From Rebecca billardiae RCC1528 (lineage: Eukaryota > Protista > Haptophyta), in assembly GCA_965240325.2 (NCBI GenBank), contig OZ251251.1:124001-188000 (forward strand): DNA of 64,000 nucleotides, in the 5' to 3' direction. The notes under the pieces were generated by a model, which did no database searches, was not told where the DNA came from, and worked only from the letters and a program-made list of their open reading frames with translations. Positions 20,800-31,870 of the stretch are shown here, piece after piece (position 1 is the stretch's first letter; each line of letters opens with the position of its first letter). The translations under genes and the position numbers were made by a program.

Positions 20800-23700
20800 T
20801 CACTTGGACGTGAGCTCGCGCACGCCCCTCCACGACTGCGGCGCCTTCAGCTCGCGCCGCTCGATGTACGCGAGCAGCGTCTCCGTCGGCCCGTCGGCCG
20901 GCTTGACCTGCAGCCCCTGCCGGAAGAGGCGCGCGGCGGTCTTCCAGTCGCCGAGCAGATACGCGTCGAGCGCGCGCGCGTACAGCCCCTCAAACTCGGG
21001 CGTCGTCGTGCGCCTCAGCCGGAAGACCGCCTCCACCGCTGCGCCGGGCGCCGCGTACGCGCGGGCGCGGGCGCGCGCGCAGGCGGCGCGCGTGAGCACG
21101 GCAGCCGCGCGCGGCGTCGCGGCGGCGCAGCGGCGCGGCGCCGCCCGGGCGGCGCGCGCCGCGCACCCGCGTCGACGCGGTCGAGGTACTTGAGCCGGTG
21201 GTCGACGTTCTCGTCCATCACCGTGTCGGCGTCGTCGCCGCCGGGCGGCTTGCCCGTCTTCCAGTGCTTCTGCGTGTCGATCCAGCGCGAGGTCAGCTCG
21301 GTCGCCGCGTCCAGGTTCGCCTCGTCCTCGGCCACGTCAAAGGTGTACAGCGTCATCGGCTTGGCCGAGCCCTTCACCGTCACCACGTCGAGCTTGCGGC
21401 AGAGCATCGCGCGCGCGGGCGAGAGGATGTCGTAGATCTGCGCGCGCGGCGGGCCGGCGCGGCGCGGGCACGGTCAGCGCCGCGCGCGCGGGCGCCGCCC
21501 GCGCGCCCGCGCGCCCGCGCCGCGTGCACCTCCTGCGAGAAGAGCACGTTGACGTGGTACTGCTTAGACGCGGCCTCGAGCCGCGACGCGAGGTTCACGT
21601 TGGGCGAGAGGTAGGACGCGTCGATCTTGAGGTCGGAGCCGATCGCGCCCTCGATGGCCCAGCCCTTGTGCAGGCCGTAGCCCATGTTGACGCGGTAGTT
21701 GGGGATGGCGCGCTGCACCGCCTGGTGCTGCTCGAGCTGGTTGAGGTGGTGGTTCCGCCGCACCAGCAGCGGCGAGAGGATGAAGGCCGAGAGCGCGCAG
21801 TCGGCGATCGTGTGCCCGCGCCCGTGCGTCAGCTCCTCGATCTCGCCGCCGCGGCAGATGAACTCGCCGTAGTCGTTCTCGGACTTGAGCGGCCAGACGA
21901 CGAGCCACGCCTCGCCGATGTTCTTGTTGCAGCTGCCCCGGTGCCCGTGCACGCACTTGTGCACCACACCCGCGATGTGGTTGACGAAGAGCATGATTGT
22001 CTCCTGCGGGCGGCGGCGGCGCGCAGCGCGCGGCGCGTGGCGCGCGGCGCGCGGCGTGCGCGCGGCGGGCCCGCGCGCGTGAGCAGGGCGCGGCGGTCGG
22101 TCGGCGCGGGCGAGCCGCGGGCGCCACGGCGACCGACGCGCGCGCGCGCGCGTGGGCCGCGCGCACCTTGAGGCACTCGGTCAGCGTGCCAAACTCGAAC
22201 ACGACGACGAAGCCGAAGATGGCGTGCATGCGCTTGCCCGGCACCTGCACGTCCAGGTCGCCGCCGCGCGAGTTGAGGTTCTCGCCGATGATGCGCCCGC
22301 CGGCCTCGCCGAAGCCGATGCGGAGGAGGTCGCCGATCTTCGAGATCGACTCCTTCAGCTGCGACGTCTCCGCCTCCGCCTCCTCGTCCTCGTCCGACAC
22401 CATCTTGGCGAGGGGGTTCTTCGAGAACTCGCGCATCATGTCCATGATCGACTCGATCGGCTGGATGCAGTACCGGTTGGCGGTCGAGGAGAACATGTAG
22501 GTCATCAGCCCGAGGAGCACGATGAGCACGCACGTGAGCGCGATGTTGAGCGCGGCCGCCTGGCTCGTGTCGCCCGACACGTCGAACACCGCCTCGATCA
22601 GCAGCCCCGCCGCCGTCGTGTAGCCGAGCGAGACGAGCTCGTCGCCCGGCCGCAGCACCTCGTACGCGGCGACGTCGGTCGCAAACGTGACGGGCGAGCC
22701 GGGGATGTGCAGCTCGATGCAGTGGTGGAAGTTGCGCAGCTCGTCGTACATCACGTGCAGCGCGCCGGGCCCCGCGCCCGCCGCCACCGCCAGCTCGACG
22801 GCGCGCAGCGACTCGAGCCTGAAGTCGTCGCCCGTGAACTGCTGGTCGCGGTAGATGAGCGAGAAGCCAATCATGAACGCGAGACAGCCGATGATGGTGT
22901 ACTGCGTGAGCTTGTCCGAGAGGATCTTGCCGGTCTGCGACGGCGTGTGCTCCGACGCCGCGTGCGAGCCGCCCTTCCCCTCCTTCTCCGCCGCCGCGCT
23001 CTTCGAGCCGAGGATCTTCTTCATCAGCTGCGCGAGCCGCGCGAGCCGCACGACGCGCACGATCCGGCCCGCGCGCGCTCCCGCGCGCGCGGCGCGGCCG
23101 GCGCGCGCGGCGGTGGTCTGCCCGCCGGCGGCCTCGGCCTCGTCGCCCGAGCCTGACGCGAGCGAGAGGATCAGCGGCTCCATGATGAAGGGCATGTCGA
23201 AGATCAGCGAGTACGTCGCGAGCGCGTCGAGCCAGAAGAAGAAGGACCAGAGAAACCCAGGCTTCGCCCACGACTGCGAGACGAGCTCCGCCTTGAAGAT
23301 GACGAAGGCGATGATGGTGAGGACGAGGAAGACGATGTCCGCGTCGACGCGGAAGAACGCGAACTTGAAGTCCGGGCCGAACAGCGCGAAGATCGTCGTC
23401 GCCGTCGTGATCGTCTGCACGGCCGACGACTCGACCATCTTGACGATCCACGCCTTCCGCCGCTCGGTCGCGGTGAGGCCGGCGAGGCGCTCGTTCTCGC
23501 GCGCCTCCTGCTTGCGCTTGCGCGTGTTGACTGACTCGCGCCGCGGCGCGGAGCCATCCTCGTCGGCGCGGCCCAGCCCGCCCTCGCCGTCCTCGACCTC
23601 CTTGAGCCTCTCGTCCGCGCCGCCCTCGGCGTCCTCCTTGGCCGAGGCGGCGCGCTGCGCGGCGAGCTCGTTCGCGCTGAGGGTCACCGAGCGCGCGATC

Positions 23701-23912
23701 TTTGCGCCCGGCCCGGGGGCCCTGCGCGCCGGCGAGTGCGGAATCGACGCCACCGCCGAGCGGTGCTCGGACGCGTCGTCGTGCAGCGACGGCCCGCTCG
23801 TGCCGGGCTGCGACAGCTGCCCGTCAGCCGGCCACGGCGTCGGCAGCCGCTGCTCGGAGCTCGCGCGCGGGAGGTTGGAGCGCTTGGGCGGCGTGTTGGG
23901 CTGCGACGACAT
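20800..23912 (-). CDS. Ion-channel(voltage-sensor)/class III adenylyl cyclase fusion with C-terminal TPR-like tail; catalytically degenerate
   Basis: TM region with S4-like RAGRAARAGARAGRIVRVVRLARL; cyclase motif WAIEGAIGSDLKIDASYLSPNVNLASRLE; tail DGPT...WRGVRELTSK as in Paramecium/Plasmodium ACalpha-type enzymes. Exons 23912-22167, 22003-21530, 21437-21167, 21038-20800. Start codon uncertain. Confidence 0.88.
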
Positions 23913-24759
23913 GGCGACCGGTCGCTCGGCCGTCGGGCGTGCGCTGTCCAGGGGGGGCAGCTGCTGCCCGTGCCGGTTCGAGCCGGCTGATGCTGTGCCC
24001 GCGGGGTGGAACGACGACACCTCGTCGTCGTCCGCCGCCGAATGTCCAGAGAGGCGCCGAGCGGCCGCCTCCGAGGGCGCGAGTGGGGCCGCCGTGGGGG
24101 GCGTGCGGCGTGAGGCTCGCGGCCAGGAGCCCTTCGCCGGCGCGCGGCGTAGGCACCCTGGGCGCGTCGCCGGTTTGGACGATGACGATGAGGGAGCTCC
24201 CCCACGGCCCACGCCCGCTGTTGCGAGCAGTTCTGCCGCACCCGCAGGAGCCCCCGATCAAGGGCCCCCGATCGAAGAACGGCTATGAGCTGCCTGGCCG
24301 CTGCTACTATCGATGACGAATTACCCCCATAGCAGTGCGCCCACAAACGCTGCGCGGGCGAGGCCGTAACCGACGGCGGCCGCCGGCGTAATACATCAGC
24401 AATACTAATTCTGGTGAACACAGCTTTAAACAATTTTAATTCGTGAGAAAGCCCTGGGAGACCCAGCTCCGACCCCCTTTAATTGGGTGTGACGTACTGC
24501 TGTCCCAAGTAATACCGGAGTAGGAATACGAACAATGGGGCCTCAAACGTTTTTTGATTAGGCACGCCTCGGGAATCGAGAACGCACTTGGTTAATTTTT
24601 GCGCCAATTAAAGGCACGCCTCGGGAATCGAAGCGCATGTGGTTAATTCTGCGCGCGCCGCATAGAGATGTGGTTGCGATTCCCACAAATCTGGCGGCGA
24701 TGGTCCCCGGTCGGGAGGGGCACATCGTGAGTCGTGACTTTGGCCGCCGTCGGCCCGAC

Positions 24760-25639
24760 ATGGCCACGTCGGCTGACGATGTCGTGCACGAGCTGGATAG
24801 ATTCGTTCGTGGTCTACGCGGCGTGTGGCGTGCAGATGCGGAGGCGGAGCGCGGCGGCGTGCGCGCAATTCGCCAACGACGCGCTGTCCAAACACGTCGC
24901 GCGCTGGGACGCGCGCGTCGCCGGGCTGCGTGCGCTGGAACTGCGCGACGAGCCGTTTGTGGGGAGGCGGAGCGCGGCGGCGTGCGCGCAATTCGCCAAC
25001 GACGCGCTGTCCAAACACGTCGCGCGCTGGGACGCGCGCGTCGCCGGGCTGCGTGCGCTGGAACTGCGCGACGAGCCGTTTGTGGACCTGGCGCGCCTCG
25101 CCGTGCACCCGCACGAGGCCACGCGCCCCGGCGCGCGCGCGCCCGCGGCCTCGCACCCAAACTGCGAGACGCCGGCAGCGCTCGACGCGTGCCTCGCGCA
25201 GCTGCGCGCGCGGCTGGCGAGCACGCTGAACGGCGTGGACGAGGCGCGCAACGCGGAGCGCCGCGAGGGTCACGCCGCGCGTCGAGCCGCCCCGCGCGCG
25301 GCGCGCGAGGCCGCCGCGACCGACGCGGTCGCGCGCCATCTGGGCGTCCGGCGGCAGCAGCGCGCACGACGTGCGGAAAACCCCACGGAGCTGCAGTTAC
25401 TGCACGACTACCACGCGTCGATGGCCGGCGCGCGCACGCACGGCGTGATCGGTGCGTGCCGTTGCCGTGCCGCCGTGCCCGAGCGGCCGTGCGCAGCGAC
25501 GACTGCATCGACGCGCGCCTCACTCGCCGGCGCGCCTCGCTGGCGCCTCGGTGGGCCTTGCAGAAGAGTGCCGCGCTGCCGCGCCTGGCTAATGGCTAAA
25601 TCGCACGCGCGACGCGCGAAGGCGCGGCAGCCCGGATGA
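24760..25639 (+). pseudogene. Probably frameshifted hypothetical gene with internal 123-bp duplication
   Basis: Protein-like sequence starts in one frame (MATSADDVVHELDRF) and continues in another (CAQFANDALSKHV...); no recognisable domain. Confidence 0.3.
24840..25085. repeat. 123-bp exact tandem duplication
   Basis: 24840-24962 repeated at 24963-25085. Confidence 0.9.
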
Positions 25640-26066
25640 TACCGTTAGTCAGCGCTGAACGGCCAACTCGTCCCATCGTCGTCGGGTCTGCCGGCCCTGG
25701 CAAGCTTCTCCGTCGCGTCCTAGACGCGCTGTGTTCGACCAGCCCCACCGGGAAAAGGCCGCTAGGCCCCCGCTGTTTAATACGATTAGTCGTCCCCTTG
25801 GCCCTGGCGGCTCTGCCGGCTAGTGCCGCGTGGTGGCGCTGCGGCGCAGGGTGCGAGTGCTCGCCGAGCGTCCTACAGCCGGACGCCCCGGCCCTCGCAG
25901 CTGGTGAGCCATCGAACCCTCCTGGCAACAGAACCCTGCCGCCTGCTTTGAGGCCGACACGCCACTTACTGGGGCACATATTATCACCTGAGGGCCATAA
26001 GGCCTTCTGTGAATTCTCGATAAGCTAGCTACCCCAGTCTGGCAGTCATGCCGCTTGATACACGTA

Positions 26067-27845
26067 GGGGGTCCAGGCCCTCAGCCTAGCGGTTGGGGAT
26101 ATTCGACAGGCCTGCCATGTAGGTGTCTGTCGAGGCTGCCGCCTGTTGAAGTGCCCTCTAGTATGCCCCCCAGCCCAGCCCAGCCGTCAGAAGCACTCAA
26201 AACCGACTCCGCGTGCCGTCGCGCCGTCGTGCGGGCGCGCTGCCGGCCACTTAGTGTCACATAGAGATTCAGCGAAGTGGTACCCACCCGTTATGGCAGC
26301 TAGATGACGGAATGCGGTCGGTAGTACTTATTGACAACCGTTGCCACTCAGTCGAAGGAATTTATGATGCAGCGACTGAATATTTGGCGCACCATGCTGG
26401 GCGCGTAGAAATTCAGGAAAAACAGCAGCATTAGATCGAGCATGTTACCCATTTAAATACAGGTAGGTACCCGTAAATATGAGCATATGTGTACCCGTAC
26501 ATACTAACGGTCGATGCGAGTCCATATGTATTCAAATCAATGTCTATATATGCGGGTACATTCGAATACGGGCGCCGGAGATGAATATGGCTATCGGCGG
26601 GCTGTCAGCAGCACTCCTCAGCCGGCACCGGCGCCGCGTCGCCAGTCGTCCTACCCCAGCCCATGAGCCCATGCGAGGCCACCACCGGTCTACGATTACC
26701 TCGGCTGCAGCGCCCAGCCATCGAGGCGGCCTCCGGCTCGGCGAGCTGCTCGGCTGCGATCTTCGCGCTCTCTGACTCTGCTGCCACGCCCGCCGTGCTC
26801 ACCGCCTTGACCATTGTGCGGTCCGCGCGCTGCTCCGCTGTGATCGCCGCCAGATCCTCACGCCGCGCCTGGGCCTCGGATGTGCCTGCGCGGCTGTTGG
26901 CGGCCGTGATGGCGCCAGTGGGCTCGGTGTCGCGCGCCTGCTCCGCGGTGAGCGTGACGTCCGTGCGCGCTCTTCGCTTCCGCACATCTGCTGCAGCCCC
27001 ACTATCCAGGTGTGCGCCTCGGCCGTGCACAGAGAACAGGCAGGGCCAATGAACCGGCCACTCGAGGCGGAACGCGAGAGATTCAAACCAGTAGTGCACC
27101 ACCTTCTTCTTCAACAGGCCATCCTTGCCGAGCTGGGTCCATCCTCAGCGCCGTGGCCTTCTCGTGTGCCTTGAGTTGTGAAGAGCGCGCGGACGTCGCC
27201 CAGCGAGAGGTCGATGCGCTCGCGCACCCGGCACCGGTAAGAAACTAGCGGCAGGCATCGTGATGATTACCTTCAGCGTCTCGGCGTCGGAGAGAGGCGG
27301 CACACGCGACGGTGCGCGCTCCCCAACGGCTGCATGAGTGAATGCGGCGGTGGAAAGCATGCGCGCGGGAGTACCGCGGGGCCATCAGGGGGGCAGGTAC
27401 GTACGCGGGAACGCTACAGATGGAAGGTACATGTGTTTGGGACCGCGTCTGTGCACCGTCTGCGTGCGCGGAGCCTGCGCATCATCTGCAAGGGGAGCAC
27501 CCTCCTCCATCTCGAGCGCATGAGCCAGCTTGAACGCGCTGGCACGCGTGCAACCTCGCGGTTTCAATGTCCGACGCCGGCGACCGATATGTCCGGGGAC
27601 ATCATGGTGGTCACGCAGACTCGCTCGATCGGGCGTTCTCGACGCTCGTACGCGCTCTGTCGCGCCGAGGCGACGGTGGTGATGACCGTCCAGTCGTGCA
27701 TCTCCGTCGCCGCCAGCCACTGAACAGCCCGACCCGGCCGCTCGGCGCGCGCGCTCGCGGCGCTCGAATTTATGGCGAAACTCGCGCTCCACTTGAAAAC
27801 CCGTCGAGGCATTTTTTCGATTTTATTTTGGTGTGCTGGACCCCC
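26067..27845. mobile_element. Possible decayed DNA transposon with 10-bp TIR GGGGGTCCAG and TA flanks
   Basis: TA|GGGGGTCCAG at 26065-26076 and CTGGACCCCC|TA at 27836-27847 enclose broken minus-strand ORFs. TIR is short and may be chance. Confidence 0.3.
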
Positions 27846-29218
27846 TAATACACGCCTTCCCCAACCGACAGTGGGGCTCCACGTTCCATACTACTACAAT
27901 CCTGTCGGCGTGCTGTTGCTAATCGGCGCCCGGTCGGCGAGTTCGGACGACGGCGTTTTGTGGACGACGGTGGGGCGAGGACGACGGGCGCTGGCGCGCA
28001 GCGAGGCGGCCGCAGCCCTCATCCAGGCCTCGCAGGCGGACGGCTGAACGAATTTTCCGGCGGCGCAGCCATCGGCGACGGCTTCATGGGCGGTGACAGT
28101 TGGCGGGCGTCGATCTCGCCTGCCAGTGAGCCTGAGCTGTGTGCGTCTCTTATTCGCGTCTTAGTAAACTGTAGCGATCGATTTGCGTCGGGGCGTTCCG
28201 CGTCAGGCCGGGCTAACGCTGGATGGGTTGGGGCCAACGACGTAGGGGATTCTCGACATCAAACCAGCCCGCTGATGTCTCTCCGCTCCGGCTCGTCGCC
28301 CTTGTGGGTGTGGCGACAGCGCGCGCAACCACTTCAGCATAAGCGGCTCATCGACCAACCGCGCCAGTATATTTGTGCTGATTAGATGATGACGATATGA
28401 GTGCGCGGAGCGGTCATCGTCACTTCGTCAGCCCTGCCTGCCGACTCCACATATGTGGGTGCGGTAAGCAAGCTCGGCGACCCAGTGTACGTGCGGGGCC
28501 GCTTACCCCCGCAGTCAGCCCACAGTTGTACCGCCAGCCAACTCCTCCAGCTGGCGGCGCCCCGCAGCGGCTTGTTTATTGTTGTGCCACTTGGCAATGG
28601 CATGCGCCGCTTGGCTGCCGCAGCATGCACGATGCAGCTGCAGAGCTGCGCTGAGGCGAAGCGCGTGCACCTGCTTCTTACGAACTACAATAAGCTTGCT
28701 GCCGCCGGAGCATAGCAGACGACGATTAGACGGCGACGCGCGCCGCCAAGCTCTCAGGTGCGCGGCTTACGGCTCAGCCAGCAAGTCTGCACACTCCGTG
28801 TCGTAGTGACTTGGCGTCTCGGGACGTGAGTGCCTGCGCGACTGTTGGCGCGGCCGAATTTATTGTAATAATATATTGATATCGGACGCGACGATGACCG
28901 TTCGTCGGACGGCAGCGCGCGGACTGACTGCTACATGATGATGATGACTATATATACGATTCTGATGATGCAGAGAGCGCATAAATACGCGCTCGCCCAC
29001 CGAGCAGCTCATCGCCGAGTCAGAGGACGGAGTCGTCACCTGGAGCAGCCTCGACTGCACGATTGCAGCGCTGTCAGCCGCACAGTGCAGTGGTGCGGGC
29101 CAGTGGCAGCCCGGCCTCGCGTGGGTCCGGTTGGCGCCATTGTTATTGATGCTGATGGCTATTTGGGGCGCTGCGCCGGAGAGTGCCGGGAGTACGACGA
29201 GGCCGCGGGCCGGACCGC

Positions 29219-31494
29219 CACAGTGAACAGATGGACCTCAAAATGTCTACTTTAGAAGCCCCCCTCGAGCGGCCACAAAGGGCAAGATGGCGGATTGCGG
29301 CGGCCCGCCGCCATCCCTCAGTGCCCGCCCATCAGGTGTCCATGACCGACGTCACACTCGATCTCGAGAGAGCAGACCAAGACGGCGAGGCGGGTGACAC
29401 GACCCATTGCATCCCCGAACTCGGTCGAGAAGACGAAGCGGCGCTACAACGCGCGTGGCAGCAAGCTGCGGACGGTGCCCGCGGTGTGCGGCTGTCATGC
29501 CACCTCGCGCGCGCACATGCGCGGCGTCCCGAAAACCTTCGGTCGATGTCTCGCGAAACGGGCCAAATGGGAGGGAGACACATGCGCGCACCCTCCCTTG
29601 AATTTGCAACCGGCATTGACCGGCCAATCTCGCGCGATGTCCCCTGCTGCGCAACCTCTCCGGCGCGCTCGCGCAGAGGTGAGATGGTGCAGTCGCCGCA
29701 ACTCAAGCTGAAGCACCAGCAGGAGGTGCCAAAGGCCGCGGCGGGTGACAGAGCACTGCCGGAGCAGTACCAGGTGCGATACGAGGCCGCGCCGTTCGCT
29801 CGGCAGTGCAGCTCTCTCTTCTCTTTCGTTGCGCGCCGGATCAATCTGAGGGCGGGCGCGTGGTGAGCAGCGCAGCTCGACACTGGCCAGTGCTCGCAGA
29901 GCACCAGATCCCGAGGATGGACAGCGGCGTGGCGGCGAAGCTGATGGCAGCGATCAGCGCCCCACCGGGCTACATCGTACCGCCGGGGTGAGCGTCGGGA
30001 GTGATGCGCTCTCTGATGTGGGCGATCGCGAGCGCGCATTCTGATGTGCGCTCGTGGATGCAGCTCGAGGCGGGGAGGGCCATCAGCTGGTGTGACCCTC
30101 AGCCGTGCCCTGCTGCGACAGGGGCGGGAGCTGATGGAGGATCCTGTCGCCGACGCAGTAAGCGCGCCGTTGAGCACCTCGGCCTGCAGGAGTCCGTGCT
30201 TCGTTCGGCATCATGGCGAGCAGCGCGCGGAATCTGGGCGCGACGAGCAGCGTGATCGGATGCGCGCGTCCGGACGAGCCGATCATGTCTTTGACTGTTT
30301 CAGCCCTCCGCGGGCTCCCGTGCGCTTCGGGCAGGAGCCCTCATCATCAGTCGTCTGATGCCCTGCATGACGCTGCCATACTACTACGACACACGTACGC
30401 GTGAGTCACTGTGAGTCATATCGATGCGATCGTCGCACAGCAGTGGCGCTGCACGGCCGCGGAGCCCAGGGCTGACGATCAGTGTGGACCGAGCCGTCGG
30501 CAGACGCAGAGTGGACACGACGAGGTCGTAGTGCGCGCCGCGCGCGGCCAGGTACCGCCAGGGCCAGGGCCACGCCGGTGACGGCGGGCAGCAGAGGATG
30601 CAGCACGCGCGTGACGCCAACGTGCCGTGCGAGGGCTACGCCAACGCTGCTCAGGCACCGCAGCAGCCGCAGCTCACGCGTGAGGACTTCTGCCGACTGT
30701 GGTTGGCGGCGGTGCGCGAACTCGTCGGCGGCGGCCGACGACCGCCGCGGAGGTGAAGGTGATGGTGCTTGCTGCGCTCAACGCCAGGTGCGCGTATGCG
30801 CGCGAGCTCAATCGGTGGACGAGCACGGTCGCGTGCTACCCGCACGTGGTCGTCACCATCGCCCCTCGCGCCATCGTGCGACTCGGCGGCGCGCTGCACC
30901 GCGCGAGCACACAAGCGTCGGAGCACGACGGCAAGATCATCGGCAACACGTTCCGCGACCGCACGTGCCGGGCGGGCGGGCTGAGCTCAAACAGACGCGG
31001 CACGAGCATGCCGCGAGCTGGCCGCGTCGAGCAGGCCGCCAAGCAGGTGATCGTGGGCAAGATCATGAAGAAGCGCACCAACACCGTCGACAAGAACGGC
31101 CGGCTGCGACTGCTTGCAGCAAAGACGGTGCAGCCGGGCGCATCCAGTGGCAGCGGGCCTGCGCGCGAGGTGCGTCTGCGCGAGATCGTCCATGCGCGTC
31201 GCACCGCATCTCCACCTCCGCCATCTGACGCCTGCGCACCGCATGCGCGCGCGGCCGCCCGGTCGCGCGACGCACTGGCGATTGAGATGACATTCACGCG
31301 CGCGTGTCGCGGGCAGTAACAGACGAAAAGACGAGGTGGCAGGGGCTGGTGAGCGGTGTCTGAAGCATGTATTGGGTGGTTGCGCACCTGCCAGTGCCCG
31401 TCCGCGCCGGCTCAGGGTTCTTACTAGGCCGCCGGCCCGCGTCGCGCCGGCGGCACCCTAAAGTGGACATTTGGCCGCCATTCTGTTCACCGTG
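29219..31494 (+). mobile_element. DNA transposon E1 with RSS-heptamer-like TIRs and decayed RAG1/Transib-like transposase
   Basis: 37-bp TIRs at 29219-29255 (CACAGTG...) and 31458-31494 (rc CACGGTG...), 29/37 identical ungapped; GC dinucleotide on both flanks. Confidence 0.8.
29341..31319 (+). pseudogene. Transposase relic, RAG1/Transib/Chapaev-like DDE
   Basis: Fragments in the expected order, with stops and frameshifts: QVRYEAAPFAR..SLFSF; SDVRSW..WCD..PC; YPHVVVTIAPRAIVRLGGALHRASTQASEHDGK (30837-30935), resembling RAG1 [32 protein letters not shown]. Confidence 0.62.
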
Positions 31495-31516
31495 GCCGAG
31501 TCATATATGCGTAGCA

Positions 31517-31517
<1 letters not shown>

Positions 31518-31600
<83 letters not shown>
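31518..31600. repeat. (TA)n microsatellite
   Basis: Directly visible. Confidence 0.97.
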
Positions 31601-31603
<3 letters not shown>

Positions 31604-31870
31604 TGCGAGCTGATAGCCTGATGCGCACGCCAGCCTCGATCGACGGCGCGGAGAGGACGACTCATCGTCACAAATCATCAGTGATGGATGGACTGCTCGG
31701 GCGTGGACCCCCTGTAGATGTAGAACCTGCCGGGCCGGAGCTGCTCGGAGCTGCGACCCCGGGGATAGCGGGCATCACTGGCGGCTGCACGTAACTCCCG
31801 GTGGGCGCCTCGGGGCGGGAGACGACACTGCCGCCTGCCACGAGCGAAGCGTGCGCCAGCATCAGCACCG

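Noticed and set aside
31512-31600. TAGCAG preceding both (TA)n tracts (here and at 49448) as an element end
   Set aside because: Only 6 bp are shared; too little to support a call.
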